Made by a program: the position numbers and the translations under genes. Below the pieces are notes generated by a model. That model was given only the letters and a program-made list of their open reading frames with translations. It was not told where the DNA came from and made no database searches. Below, piece after piece: positions 9,801 to 19,583 of a DNA stretch of 64,000 nucleotides. The number at the start of each line of letters is the position of its first letter. Within the stretch, counting starts at the first letter, position 1. This DNA comes from Acidobacteriota bacterium (GTDB taxonomy: Bacteria > Acidobacteriota > UBA6911 > RPQK01 > JAJDTT01), in NCBI GenBank assembly GCA_965209055.1, contig OZ242374.1:2848001-2912000 (forward strand), given 5' to 3'.

Positions 9801-10096
9801 CTCAGCGTGTAGAGGCCGGGATCGATCCGGCTCAGGACGTATTCGCCGAGATCCGAAGTGAAGACTTCCCGAATGACGCCGCGGCCCTGGTAGGTCGCAA
9901 TGACGGTCACCCCCGGGAGGACGGCCTGGGTCTGGTCGTAGACGTAGCCGCGGATGGTGCCGGTGTCGGTCTGGGCGCTCAGCAGGACGGCGCTGGCGAG
10001 GAGCGCGGCCACGGTTCCCGCTCGACGCAAGAAACCCGTTGAGCCCAGTCTCGGCCGCTTATGACTTTGGGCTTGGTCCTGACGTGAGATTCCCAA
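6896..10096 (-). CDS. TonB-dependent receptor, Oar-like (carboxypeptidase-regulatory-like N domain + plug + barrel), copy A
   Basis: Signal peptide, GTIRGYVYDQTQAVLPGVTV, LPINRRDYL, EFQV..NSFSAELG, NNFGPRAGFAW, C-terminal LRLNF. Confidence 0.92.
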   Translation of the reverse strand: MGISRQDQAQSHKRPRLGSTGFLRRAGTVAALLASAVLLSAQTDTGTIRGYVYDQTQAVLPGVTVIATYQGRGVIREVFTSDLGEYVLSRIDPGLYTLSFDFPGFAPYVVEDLEVRVGETRTFSAELAAAAAAIEITAEATRTIVSHDKTQQSNHIDSVSIEDLPINRRDYLALALLIPGVVDSSYVADDKDHRLAPAPASGLGIGGGGGRGNAFTIDGLNNNYATGGVRSSISQDAVREFQVNRNSFSAELGGAPGGAINIVTKGGSNDFRGSIFGVLRNRRFQAYIPSIPDGWEYTRAQSGASFGGPIVPGKTFFFSAYERLDRHQMGYVPLLRSEAFLYELTPSQQALAEALANGASPPHAKSLARLLSTSLIPGNDSHVVSLFEENSGLFPFAEERQQFMSRFDHAFGPGHNLFLRGNWTGQDSENTDFGALVARNRGRDKHLNDFSLALGNSLVMGAKWIGETWLGFAYHDFGIEPTDPYGPAIDINGFGQFGRDLILPIRNIERMGQARQNFTYVSGKHTVKFGADIYTFYDSGRSETFFSGRFVFGEGVPLSAAIDDQVGSGASRSIRESLLRSDSPQLAAAVDEPMTSLQAYALGLPLAYQQGFGDPHWTRWANSFGFFVEDSWRVHQSFLLTLGVRYDLFRKAGFPQDNNNFGPRAGFAWSPNPKTVVRGGYGIFFARINRQITHIKDLFGEEAQQILQVYVPRTGIPGIESSLTGQPLTSSQIYRSLLDLGVLGRRRISAEDLALHGLVPARDLPFRVGFDVADDIVNPYAQQASLEVQRELGGFALSAGYNFNRGVHVVRSLDVNVYRAGTDARGRPIVGFHRPDLLQDNRYGSWANSFYHALLLQLEKRFSKILTISAHHTWSKAIDENTDFNSAFQPHLQWDAKAERALSSFHRGHRFVLRTIGNLPWKAGRGRGLRNNLFGDLTLSGIVTKRSFAPFNLLAGYDNVGDRHTSTHRPWGVGRNVGIGPDYFTVDMRVKRRFSLFEGKSLDVVIDGFNMFHRTNLRKVNGTVGRLTLEELPSSYEGRRGAVTEPFSFTSRFLGRQFQVSLRLNF

Positions 10097-10110
10097 CGGA
10101 GCTGAAGATC

Positions 10111-11010
10111 TTATCCCATGCCCGCCAGGAGCGAGTTTTGGGCCGAATCGACCCGGACCTTGGAGTAGTGGAGGATTCGGCAGAGTTCCTTGCCCTCTTC
10201 GTCCGTCACCGGCGTGGGCTGCCGGAGGATGAACTCCGCCAGCTCCGGGTGCTTGTGATTGAACGCGACGTGGGCCATCTCCAGGCGATCGATGACCGGC
10301 TCCGCTTCCAGGTCGAAATCGGGAACCAGGAGCGGACCCGTGTCGATCTGGTAGGAGTTGTCCGTGGGCATGACGTTCATGGTCTTGATGGGGTACTCGA
10401 TGACGTAACGCAACGGCAGCTCAGGATCCTTGATCTCGGTGCGGCCCACGATGGGGTGGTTGGCTCCGGTTGCTTCGTTGACTTCCGCGGGAGTTTGAAG
10501 CACCCGTGTGTCGGGGAAGGTGACCACGTCGATGGCCAATGACCGGAACTTGTCCTTCACCGGCGCCCCCGTCGAGCGTCCTCCCTGGTAGGTCATCCGC
10601 GTGCCGACGCTCCGAAACTGGTCCAGCGAGTAGATCACCCGATATTCGCCGCTGGGAATCTGGAAGAGGCGGTCTTCCTTGTAGACCCGCTCGGTCCGGC
10701 AGGGCTGGATCAGGATGAACCGTTCGCTCTCGCCGCTGGAGTCGTCGATGACGTCGGTGATGGCCTCCAATTGGATCCGGGCCATGTTGCCGAAGGGGAG
10801 TTCGTGCTTCTCGTTGGTCGGCGGGGGCGGAAAGTCCCAGGTCATGAAAGAGGCCTGAAAGTCGCAGGCCGGCCGCGTGGCGGTATTGCCGTCCCCGGAC
10901 GAAGACTCTTCCGCGGGCGCCTGGCAGCCCGCGGAAAGAATCCAACTGCCTCCGGCCAGCGCCACTCCCAACTGGCCCTGAAAGTGGCGGCGCGTCGATC
11001 GATTCAACAT
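10111..11010 (-). CDS. Tat-exported hypothetical lipoprotein (copy A), upstream of TBDR A
   Basis: STRRHF twin-arginine motif, lipobox LSAGC; clear paralogue of 14259-15161. Confidence 0.8.
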   Translation of the reverse strand: MLNRSTRRHFQGQLGVALAGGSWILSAGCQAPAEESSSGDGNTATRPACDFQASFMTWDFPPPPTNEKHELPFGNMARIQLEAITDVIDDSSGESERFILIQPCRTERVYKEDRLFQIPSGEYRVIYSLDQFRSVGTRMTYQGGRSTGAPVKDKFRSLAIDVVTFPDTRVLQTPAEVNEATGANHPIVGRTEIKDPELPLRYVIEYPIKTMNVMPTDNSYQIDTGPLLVPDFDLEAEPVIDRLEMAHVAFNHKHPELAEFILRQPTPVTDEEGKELCRILHYSKVRVDSAQNSLLAGMG

Positions 11011-11044
11011 GGCGGTGTCCCCGGTAGTGACCCTTTTCCTGAAA

Positions 11045-14000
11045 TCAGAAGTTGATCCGGAGCGAGAGCTGGATTTGCCGGGGCGGGAATGCCGCAGTGT
11101 ACGAGAACGGCTGCGTTACGGGGCCGATGCGACCCTTGTAGGAAGAGGGAAGCTCTTCCAACGTGAGCGTTCCCACCTCGCCGTTGACGTGCTTGAAGTT
11201 GGTGCGGTTGAGCAGGTTGAACGCCTCCACGGCAATGTCCACGCTCTTTTCCTCTGCGAAGGTGACCCGGCGCTTCACGCGCATGTCGATGCTGAAAAAG
11301 TCGGGTCCGATCCCGACGTTGCGTCCCAGGCCCCAGGGCCGGTGGGTGTCGGTGTGGCGGTCGCCCACGTTGTCGTAGCCCGCGTTGAGGTTGAAGGGGG
11401 CGAACGAGCGCGCCGTGAGTATGCCGGAAAGAGTCAGGTCGCCGAACACGTTGTGTGCGAATCCCTTGCCCCGGCCCGCTTTCCAGGGGAGTTTCCCCAG
11501 GGTGCGGATGACGAACCGGTGTCCCCGGTGGTAGGAGGAGAGGGCCATCTCCGCCCGGGCGTCCCATTGCAGATGCGGTTGGAACGAGGAGTTGTAGTCG
11601 GTCATCTCGTCCATCGCCTTGCTCCAGGTGTGGTGGGCCGAGATCATGAAGCTGTTGGAGATGCGCTTTTCAAGCTGCAGGACCAGGGCGTGATAAAAGG
11701 AATTGGCCCAGCTCCCGTAGTAGTTGTTCTGCAGGATCTCCGGCCGGTGGAACCCGACGATGGGCCTTCCGTCGGCATTGGTCCCGGCCTGGTAGATGTT
11801 GATGTCCAGAGGCCGGACGATGTGGACGCCGCGGTTGAAGTTGTAGCCGGCCGACAGGGAGAATCCGCCCGCTTCTCTCTGAATCTCGAGGCTGGCCTGT
11901 TGGGAGTAGGGGTTCACGATATCGTCGGCCACCGAGAACGCGACGCGCAAAGGGAGGTCACGCATGGGAGTGAGTCCGTGGATGGCCAGATCCTCCGCCA
12001 CCATCTGCCGCCTGCCCAGGATGCCCCGAGACAAGGCCGTTTGATAAATCTCCGCCGAGCTGAGGGGCGCTCCGGTCAACGCACTGATGAAGCCGATGCC
12101 GGTCAGGGGGACGAAGGCCTGAAAGATCTGCTGCGATTCGTCTGAGAGCAGATCGTGGATGTAGACGATCTGGCTGTCGATCCGGCCGTGGAAGATCCCG
12201 TAGCCGCCGCGCACCACGGTCTTGGCGTCGGGGCTAAAGGCGAATCCCACCCGCGGTCCGAAATTGTTGTTGTCCCGGGGGAAATCGGATGCACGAAAGA
12301 GTTCGTAGCGCAACCCCAGAGTCAGCAGGAACTTGGGGTGGATGCGCCACGAGTCCTCCAGAAAGAACCCGTAGTTGTGCCCCCAGCCGCGCCAGTAGGG
12401 ATTCCCGAACCCCTGCTGGTAGACGATGGGGAGGCCCAGTGCGTAGGCCTGGAGTGAGGTGATGGGCTCGTCGACAGCCTCCGCCAACTGATTCCTGCCG
12501 GCGCTAATCAGCAATCCCTTGATCAGCGGGGAAATGGGAGACCCAAAGGCGCTGTCGATCAGCAGCGAAAGGGGAACCGCCTCTCCGAAGATGAACCGTC
12601 CGCTGAAGAAGGTCTCGGACCGGACGCTGTCGTAGAACGGATGGAGGTCCGCACCGACCTTCACCGTGTGGTTGCCATGGACGTAGGTGAAGTTCTGCCG
12701 GGCCTGGTACATGCGTTCGACGTTCCGGGTCGGCAGGATGAAGTCCCGTCCGAAATTTCCGTACCCGCTGATATCGATGGAGGGACCGTGCGGATCGGTG
12801 GGGTAGGTGCCGGAGTCATGGTACCCGACGGCCAACCAGGTTTCGCTGATCCATTCCGGATTGATCACCCAGTTGTTGCCCAATCCGATGGTGAAATCGT
12901 TCACGTCGTTGTTGCGTCCCCGGCTGCGGGCCACCAGCGAACCGAAGTTGGTGTGCTGACTGTTCAGGCCCGTCCAGTTTCCCCGGAAGAAGAGATCGTG
13001 TCCGGTCCCCACCGCATGGTCGATGCGGGCGATGAACTGCTGCCGTTCTTCCGAAAAGGGGAAGACCCCGCTGTTGTTCTCGAAAAGTTGGACGACGTGG
13101 GGATGGTTTCCCGGAGTCAATGCTTGGACGAGCTCCTTTGCCGCCGGGACCAGAAACGCCGGAACGGCGGGACTGGTGAGCAAATCGGCCAGGGCCTGCT
13201 GCGTGGGCTTCAATTCGTAGAGAAACGACCTGTCCTGGAGCAGGGGAACAAACGCAGACTCGTGACGGTCGAGGCGTTCGTAGGCGGCGAAGAAGAACGT
13301 CCTGTCGCGCAGGATGGGACCTCCGAAGGAACCCCCGCTCTGGGCGCGGGTGTAGGCCGACTCGGACGGATCGAAGTAATTGCGGGCCTGGAAATGGCGG
13401 TTGCGGAGCACGCCGAAGACGGACCCGCGAAATTCGTTGGTCCCCCCCTTGGTGACGATGTTGATGGCGCCGCCGGGCGCACCGCCCAGTTCCGCCGAGA
13501 ACGAGTTGCGGTTGATCTGAAATTCCTGCACCGCTTCCTGAGTGACGGAGGACCGGACGGCGCCGCTGCCGTAGTTGTTGTTCAGGCCGTCGATGGTGAA
13601 GGTGTTGCCGCGGCCGCCTCCGCCGCCGATCCCCAGTCCCGACGCCGGGGTCGGGGCGATGCGGAAATCCTTGTCATCCGCCACGTAGTTCGAGTCCACG
13701 ACGCCGGGAGTCAGAAGCGCCAGGTCCAGGTAGTCGCGGCGGTTGATGGGAAGGTCGTCGATGCTGGTGGAATCGATATGGTTGGATTGGTGGACCTTGT
13801 CGTGGGCGATCACTGTCCGGTTCGCTTCCGCAGTGACGACGATGGCCTCCGCGGCCACCACGATCTCCGGAGAGAAGCTCTGTGTCTCTCCCACCAGCAC
13901 CTCCAGGTCCTGCACCACATAGGGAGCGAATCCGGGCAGCTCGAAGCGGAGCGTGTAGTGGCCGGGATCGACCCGGCTCAGGACGTATTCGCCGACATCC

Positions 14001-14233
14001 GAAGTGAGGGTCTCCCGGGTCACGCCGCGGCCCTGGTAGGTGGCGGTGACGGTGACGCCGGGCAACACGGCCCGGGTCTCGTCGTAGACGTACCCGCGGA
14101 TGGTTCCGGTGTCGGTCTGGGCGGGCAGCAGCACCACGACAGACAGCAGTACCGCCGCCGCAATCCCCGGCCCGCGCAGTGAGCGGCGCAAGCGAAGAAA
14201 ATCAGAGTCAGGGAGCAGGCTTCTGAGCGACAT
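11045..14233 (-). CDS. TonB-dependent receptor, Oar-like, copy B
   Basis: Same architecture as copy A; ARNYF motif; C-terminal LRINF. Confidence 0.92.
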   Translation of the reverse strand: MSLRSLLPDSDFLRLRRSLRGPGIAAAVLLSVVVLLPAQTDTGTIRGYVYDETRAVLPGVTVTATYQGRGVTRETLTSDVGEYVLSRVDPGHYTLRFELPGFAPYVVQDLEVLVGETQSFSPEIVVAAEAIVVTAEANRTVIAHDKVHQSNHIDSTSIDDLPINRRDYLDLALLTPGVVDSNYVADDKDFRIAPTPASGLGIGGGGGRGNTFTIDGLNNNYGSGAVRSSVTQEAVQEFQINRNSFSAELGGAPGGAINIVTKGGTNEFRGSVFGVLRNRHFQARNYFDPSESAYTRAQSGGSFGGPILRDRTFFFAAYERLDRHESAFVPLLQDRSFLYELKPTQQALADLLTSPAVPAFLVPAAKELVQALTPGNHPHVVQLFENNSGVFPFSEERQQFIARIDHAVGTGHDLFFRGNWTGLNSQHTNFGSLVARSRGRNNDVNDFTIGLGNNWVINPEWISETWLAVGYHDSGTYPTDPHGPSIDISGYGNFGRDFILPTRNVERMYQARQNFTYVHGNHTVKVGADLHPFYDSVRSETFFSGRFIFGEAVPLSLLIDSAFGSPISPLIKGLLISAGRNQLAEAVDEPITSLQAYALGLPIVYQQGFGNPYWRGWGHNYGFFLEDSWRIHPKFLLTLGLRYELFRASDFPRDNNNFGPRVGFAFSPDAKTVVRGGYGIFHGRIDSQIVYIHDLLSDESQQIFQAFVPLTGIGFISALTGAPLSSAEIYQTALSRGILGRRQMVAEDLAIHGLTPMRDLPLRVAFSVADDIVNPYSQQASLEIQREAGGFSLSAGYNFNRGVHIVRPLDINIYQAGTNADGRPIVGFHRPEILQNNYYGSWANSFYHALVLQLEKRISNSFMISAHHTWSKAMDEMTDYNSSFQPHLQWDARAEMALSSYHRGHRFVIRTLGKLPWKAGRGKGFAHNVFGDLTLSGILTARSFAPFNLNAGYDNVGDRHTDTHRPWGLGRNVGIGPDFFSIDMRVKRRVTFAEEKSVDIAVEAFNLLNRTNFKHVNGEVGTLTLEELPSSYKGRIGPVTQPFSYTAAFPPRQIQLSLRINF

Positions 14234-14258
14234 GATGTGAATCTCCGGAATGAATCAG

Positions 14259-15161
14259 CTAGGCAATACCGGCCAGCAGCGTATTTCGGGCCGCATGGAC
14301 TCGGACCTTGGAGTAGTGAAGAACCTGGCAGAGCTCCCGGCCGTCATCGTCCAAGACCGGTGTGGGCTGCCGCAGAATGAACTCGGCCAGGTCCGGAGCC
14401 TTGTGGTTGAACGCGACATGGGCCATTTCCAGCCGATCGATGGCCGAGTCCTGATCCAGGTCGAAATCGGGGACCAGGAGAGGACCCGTATCGATCTGGT
14501 AGGAATTGTCCTTGGGCATGAAATTCATGGTCTTGATGGGGTATTCGATGACGTACCGCAGTGGACGTTTCGGATCCTTGATCTCGGTGCGCCCCACCAG
14601 GGGATGATTGGCCCCCGTCGCCTCGTTGACCTCGACGGGAGTTCGGAGAACCCGCGTGTTCGGAAAAGTCACCACGTCGATGACCAGGGACCGGTACGTG
14701 TCTCCTACCAGTTTTCCGACCGGCCTCCGCCCCCCGTAGGTCATCCCCTTGCCGACGCTGCGGAACTGTTCCAGCGAATAGATCACGCGATACTCGGCGC
14801 TGGGGATCTGGAAGAGGCGGTCCTCCTTGTAGACGCGCTCCGTCCGGCAGGGTTGGATCAGCACGAACCGCACTCTCTCGCCGCTGGAATCGTCGATGAC
14901 GTCGGTGATGGCGTCCAACTGAATCCGGGCAATGTTCCCGTAGGGGATGTCGTGCTTCTCGGTGTAGGCCGGAGGAGGATAGTCCCAGGTCATGAAGGAG
15001 GATCGGAAGTTGCAGGCCGGCGGGACGCTCCCGCTGCCGGTCGAGGACTCTTCCGCCGGCGCGCCGTACGCCATGGGAAGAATCCAGCCGCCGCCGGCCA
15101 GAGCCATTCCCAGTTCCCGCTGAAAGCGCCGTCGCGTGGGTCGACTCGAAAGGGCGGTCAT
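14259..15161 (-). CDS. Tat-exported hypothetical protein (copy B), upstream of TBDR B
   Basis: PTRRRF twin-arginine motif; AYG-A cleavage site, no lipobox Cys; shares FMTWD, ARIQL, QPCRTERVYKEDRLFQIPS, EYPIKTMN with copy A. Confidence 0.8.
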   Translation of the reverse strand: MTALSSRPTRRRFQRELGMALAGGGWILPMAYGAPAEESSTGSGSVPPACNFRSSFMTWDYPPPAYTEKHDIPYGNIARIQLDAITDVIDDSSGERVRFVLIQPCRTERVYKEDRLFQIPSAEYRVIYSLEQFRSVGKGMTYGGRRPVGKLVGDTYRSLVIDVVTFPNTRVLRTPVEVNEATGANHPLVGRTEIKDPKRPLRYVIEYPIKTMNFMPKDNSYQIDTGPLLVPDFDLDQDSAIDRLEMAHVAFNHKAPDLAEFILRQPTPVLDDDGRELCQVLHYSKVRVHAARNTLLAGIA

Positions 15162-15396
15162 CTCGGTGGCAATGTGATCCTGGAACCTTCGTTACCGTAT
15201 CGCGTGGGGCTCATCGTACCACGGGTGAGCGACGCATCACACTACGGTCACGGAGTGAAACCGACCGGAAATAATAACCAGGCCAGGAGGATGCACGCAT
15301 CCGAAGCGGCCGCGGCACCCGGAACCAGGGTCATTGGATGGTCCATGGAGACTTTCGGCGTGGACTGCTATGGTGCCCGGGCAAGGAGCACCACCC

Positions 15397-16497
15397 ATGA
15401 AGATCACCGAGGTGAACGTTCAGTGCTATTCCTGGCCCCGGCCCCGGCCCATCAGCAACGGAAAGTACACCTATGCCACGGTGCGGCTGAATCTGGTCCA
15501 AGTGCATACCGATGAGGGGCTCTACGGTGTGGGTTGGGCAGGAGGTCCCGGCTTGTCGGCTCCCATGACCGTCGCGCTGGTGGAACATTTCAAGGAAGCC
15601 CTGATCGGAGAGGACCCGTTCAACTACCGCCGGATCTGGGAGAACATGTGGCTGCCCAAGGTGGTGGGCCGCCGGGGCCTGACCACCTGGATCATCAGCG
15701 CCGTGGACATCGCGCTCTGGGACCTGATGGGAAAGGCCCTCGGGATGCCGGTTCACAAGCTGCTGGGGGGTTTTTGCGACCGGATTCCCACCTACGTCGC
15801 CGGCGGTTACTACGAGGAGGGAAAGGGCCTCCGCGAGTTGGCCCGGGAAATGGAGGAGAACCTGGAGCTGGGCGCCCGGGCGGTGAAGATGAAGATCGGC
15901 GGCGTGGAGATCAACCAGGACGTGGAGCGGGTTCGGGTCGTGCGCGAGACCATCGGACCCGACGTGAAGTTGATGGTCGATGCCAACAACGCCTACGTGG
16001 CCTACCAGGCCGTCGAGATCGCCAGGAAGATGGAACCCTACGACGTCTTCTGGTTCGAGGAGCCGGTGGCGCCGGACGACTACGAGGGGCACGCCCGGGT
16101 CGCGCAAGCCTCCTCCATTCCGGTGGCCACGGGGGAGAACGAATACACCCGTTACGGCTTCCGCGACCTGATCCAGCACGGTTCGGCGTCCATACTCAAC
16201 GCCGACGCCCAGATCCTGGGCGGAATCACCGAGTTCATGAACGTGGCTTCTCTGGCAGCCGCCCACGACCTGCACATCGCCCCCCACGGGGCCCAGGAGG
16301 TGCACATCCACCTGGTGGCCGCCATTCCCAACGGCCTGATCCTGGAGTTCTACCGCGAGACGGTGAACCCGTTGCACGGGCAGATTTTCGAGGAATCGCT
16401 GACCCTGGACGAGGACGGTTGCGTGAGCGTTCCCCAGACCCCGGGACTGGGCATGGAGCCGAACTGGGAGGTGCTGGAACCGTACCGGGTGGCCTGA
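15397..16497 (+). CDS. Mandelate racemase / muconate lactonizing enzyme family (enolase superfamily acid-sugar dehydratase/isomerase)
   Basis: SAVDIALWDL, KMKIG, DAN, FEEP, GENE, APH; AAGGAG RBS. Confidence 0.92.
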   Translation: MKITEVNVQCYSWPRPRPISNGKYTYATVRLNLVQVHTDEGLYGVGWAGGPGLSAPMTVALVEHFKEALIGEDPFNYRRIWENMWLPKVVGRRGLTTWIISAVDIALWDLMGKALGMPVHKLLGGFCDRIPTYVAGGYYEEGKGLRELAREMEENLELGARAVKMKIGGVEINQDVERVRVVRETIGPDVKLMVDANNAYVAYQAVEIARKMEPYDVFWFEEPVAPDDYEGHARVAQASSIPVATGENEYTRYGFRDLIQHGSASILNADAQILGGITEFMNVASLAAAHDLHIAPHGAQEVHIHLVAAIPNGLILEFYRETVNPLHGQIFEESLTLDEDGCVSVPQTPGLGMEPNWEVLEPYRVA

Positions 16498-16536
16498 CGG
16501 CGGCGAGGGCCGGCGGCTACGGAAGCCGCACCGGGC

Positions 16537-17067
16537 CTACTTGGCGGGTGTCTTCATCCGGGTTTGCGTCGATCGCACATCCAGCAGCACTTTGCCGGTG
16601 CTGTCCTTCATGAGCACCGTCGATTCGTATTCCCCGTCGCCCATGAATCGATCCACGATCTCGCCCTTGAGGCCGGCGCCGAAGTCGACGTACTCCCAGG
16701 TCATGGTGGAGGAACGACCGTCCCAGGCGCCGATCCAGAAGCTGCTGGACCCGTCGGACGAGAAGACCCACTTGTGGTACTTGCCGCTCCCCGGCTCATA
16801 GCGCTGGAGTTCACGGTTCTCATACTCTCCCGTCCGGCTGGAAATCTCCTGGTGCCGGCCGTTCAGAATCCACTCGGCCTTCGCGGTTCCTGACATTTCT
16901 CCAGCCGTAGGGGACCATGCCGCCGGCTTGAATTCGACGTGGGACTTCCAGGACCCAAGCCATCGATCCAGGGCCTTGCCGCCCGCGGCCTCCATTGCCG
17001 GCCCTGAGGCGGTCGTGGACGCCGTCAACAACAAGATGACGGCCACCGTTGTCGATGTGGACTTCAT
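16537..17067 (-). CDS. Secreted DUF1579-like beta-barrel protein
   Basis: Signal peptide; LDRWLGSW, EWILNGR, GAWDG pattern. Confidence 0.65.
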   Translation of the reverse strand: MKSTSTTVAVILLLTASTTASGPAMEAAGGKALDRWLGSWKSHVEFKPAAWSPTAGEMSGTAKAEWILNGRHQEISSRTGEYENRELQRYEPGSGKYHKWVFSSDGSSSFWIGAWDGRSSTMTWEYVDFGAGLKGEIVDRFMGDGEYESTVLMKDSTGKVLLDVRSTQTRMKTPAK

Positions 17068-17079
17068 GTCTGTTCCTGT

Positions 17080-18786
17080 CTACTCCGTTTTCGGTTGGAA
17101 GGAGGCGAGGAATTGTCGCCCCGCACCCGGAGTCAGGCTTTGCCGAATGCGGGACTCGAAATCGGCCAGCGTCGCCATGGTCAGAAAGTAGGCCCCAACA
17201 CTCACGAGGACCGTCACGGCGACAACCGCCACGACGGAACGGAACACGAGGTACTGGATTCCGATGGCGACACTCAGAACCAAGAAGTAAACCATCATCA
17301 TCGCCACGGTGACGACCTGCCGAGCGGGCGGGGTCTTTTTTCCGAAGGGGATCCCGTCGATCAATCGGAGGCCGACAGCCAGATAAAGGGAGGCCACCGC
17401 GGTGCTGAAAGCAATGACCCACAGGGCATCCCTGACGCCCCAGGACCAGGTCAGCACGAGGAAGCAGACCAGGTTGGGAAAAAGTACCAGCAGGAGCCAG
17501 AGTCCCCCATGGATTCCCCTCGCGAACGGACGGAAAGACGAACCTGGAACGATGCCAAACGTCCAGACTGCCTTGTAGTCGTTGCCATACGCCAAGTAGA
17601 GGCAGGTGAAAAAAACCATCAAACCGATCAGATGGGGCAGAAAGTGAGTGTAGGCGAAGCCGGCGGCGAATGGAGTGGTTTCGGCGCCCACGACGAGCAG
17701 GCCGATGAGGCCGATGAACAGATACGGCGTATTCACGGCCATGTTCTTCCGGAATTGCCAGTCTCTCAAAGCCATCGAGCGCAGATACTCGTAACCGGCG
17801 CGGCCGGCCTGACCGCCGGCGAACCTGGCGATTCGTGGCCCCATCGACCATCCCCTCCGCACGCGCCTGCGCACCCGGGCTCCCGAGCGCATCAGACTCG
17901 AGACGCGGATCAAATGATCCACGGAGAGTGCCCGCAATCCTGGCACGACGGCGACGGTTACGAACGCAAAGACCGTCACCCCCAGCAGAGCCGGGAATCC
18001 CCCGGGAACCGCGTTGCCGATTCCGAACCAGGCTTCGGGCGGCTCGATGGAGATCAACCAACGCTCCAGGTTGTTCACGAGCACACCCGACGCACTCAAG
18101 AACTGAAGACCTGCCCCAATCAACATGGGTATGACTTGGACCATGGCCGCGGCCGCCTTGAGACGCCGGACGGGAATGAAGCGAACCAACCACCCGAAGA
18201 GGCTGCAGCAGAGGAACCCGACCACCAGTCCGACCCCGAGTGCCGCCAGAAGATGGAGGATGGGATAAACCAATGGCCGAAACCCTTCTCCGCTGGGACC
18301 GAGGAGGGGCACGAGCGCCGGCACGACGTTGACCCCTGCCACCACGTAGACCACGATCCTGATCAGATGGGTCAGCTTGGCGGCCAACCAGGTGGCGCCG
18401 TTGACCGGCTGATGAGCCAGAATCAGTCCCTCGACCGGGTTCACGAGTCCCTCGGCGATCTCGGGGATCAGCAACATGCTGAGTTGGAATGCGGTGAGCG
18501 CGAGAAAGGTCAGGAGGTAGACTCCGGCGTTGGCGCCAAACGCTGCCATCCCAACGCCTATTCCACCTGAGAGAAAGAACCAGATGATCGTGAAGGTGCG
18601 CATAGTGAAGGCGTCGGAACCCATCCGCGCCACTTCCTGCCGCTTGCCGAGCGTCTCGAACAGATCGACCAGGATCCAGTATCGGTGGGGCTCGATTCCG
18701 AATCGTCGCAGCAGCGCGGTGAACTCCGGGCCGTGGAAGAGCCGTTTGCTCAGCGAACGAAGCGCTTTCATGAGAAATGCCTTCAT
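17080..18786 (-). CDS. Multi-pass membrane protein, probable ABC exporter permease
   Basis: Many hydrophobic helices in two halves; ATGA overlap with upstream ABC ATPase. Confidence 0.75.
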   Translation of the reverse strand: MKAFLMKALRSLSKRLFHGPEFTALLRRFGIEPHRYWILVDLFETLGKRQEVARMGSDAFTMRTFTIIWFFLSGGIGVGMAAFGANAGVYLLTFLALTAFQLSMLLIPEIAEGLVNPVEGLILAHQPVNGATWLAAKLTHLIRIVVYVVAGVNVVPALVPLLGPSGEGFRPLVYPILHLLAALGVGLVVGFLCCSLFGWLVRFIPVRRLKAAAAMVQVIPMLIGAGLQFLSASGVLVNNLERWLISIEPPEAWFGIGNAVPGGFPALLGVTVFAFVTVAVVPGLRALSVDHLIRVSSLMRSGARVRRRVRRGWSMGPRIARFAGGQAGRAGYEYLRSMALRDWQFRKNMAVNTPYLFIGLIGLLVVGAETTPFAAGFAYTHFLPHLIGLMVFFTCLYLAYGNDYKAVWTFGIVPGSSFRPFARGIHGGLWLLLVLFPNLVCFLVLTWSWGVRDALWVIAFSTAVASLYLAVGLRLIDGIPFGKKTPPARQVVTVAMMMVYFLVLSVAIGIQYLVFRSVVAVVAVTVLVSVGAYFLTMATLADFESRIRQSLTPGAGRQFLASFQPKTE

Positions 18787-19583
18787 GACCGGAGAGCCTC
18801 GATGATTTCCGAAACGCCGCTCACCGTCCCTTCCTCATCGGTCAGCTGGCGAAAAACGTCTTCGAGACGGCCCTTCCGGGTGGAAGCCTTCAGTGATTCC
18901 AGCGACCCGTCCGCGATGAGGCGGCCTTCGTGGATGATCAAGGCGCGGTCGCACACCCGCTCCACCACGTCCAGGACGTGCGAACTGTAGAGTACGGTCT
19001 TGCCCTCCGCGGCCAGGGCGGCGATGAGGTCCCGAACCATGAGTCCGGCGTTGACGTCCAAGCCGGAGAGGGGTTCGTCCAGCATCAAAACGTCGGGATT
19101 GTGAAGGAGGGCCGCGCTCAGGAGCACCTTCTGGCGCATCCCCTTGGAGTAGCCGTCCAGACGCCGGAGGCGGACTCCGGCCAAGTCGAATTGCTCGAGG
19201 AATCGGGCGATTCGGAATTGAAGCAGCTCTTCCGGCACTTCCTGCAGGCGGCCCATGAGCTCCAGGAATTCCTGTCCCGACAGGCTTTCGAAAAGCGCCG
19301 CGGCTTCGGGTACGTATCCGATCCGTTTCTTGGCCTCCACAACCTCGCCCGGCATGGAATAACCGGCGACGCGAACCGATCCTTCGTCCGGTGGCAGGAT
19401 CCCGGTCAGGACCTTGATGGTCGTGCTCTTCCCCGCGCCGTTGGGTCCCAGCAGCCCCACCACGTCGCCTTTGCCCAGGGCGAACGATAACCCGTGCAGC
19501 ACCCGGTTGCTCCCGTAGCTGAACGTCAGATTGTCTACGGAGACGGTCAACTGATGGTCAGGGGGGAGATCTGTTTGATCCAT
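18783..19583 (-). CDS. ABC transporter ATP-binding protein
   Basis: Walker A GPNGAGKST, signature YSKGMRQK, Walker B LMLDEP, H-loop SSH. Confidence 0.95.
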   Translation of the reverse strand: MDQTDLPPDHQLTVSVDNLTFSYGSNRVLHGLSFALGKGDVVGLLGPNGAGKSTTIKVLTGILPPDEGSVRVAGYSMPGEVVEAKKRIGYVPEAAALFESLSGQEFLELMGRLQEVPEELLQFRIARFLEQFDLAGVRLRRLDGYSKGMRQKVLLSAALLHNPDVLMLDEPLSGLDVNAGLMVRDLIAALAAEGKTVLYSSHVLDVVERVCDRALIIHEGRLIADGSLESLKASTRKGRLEDVFRQLTDEEGTVSGVSEIIEALRS

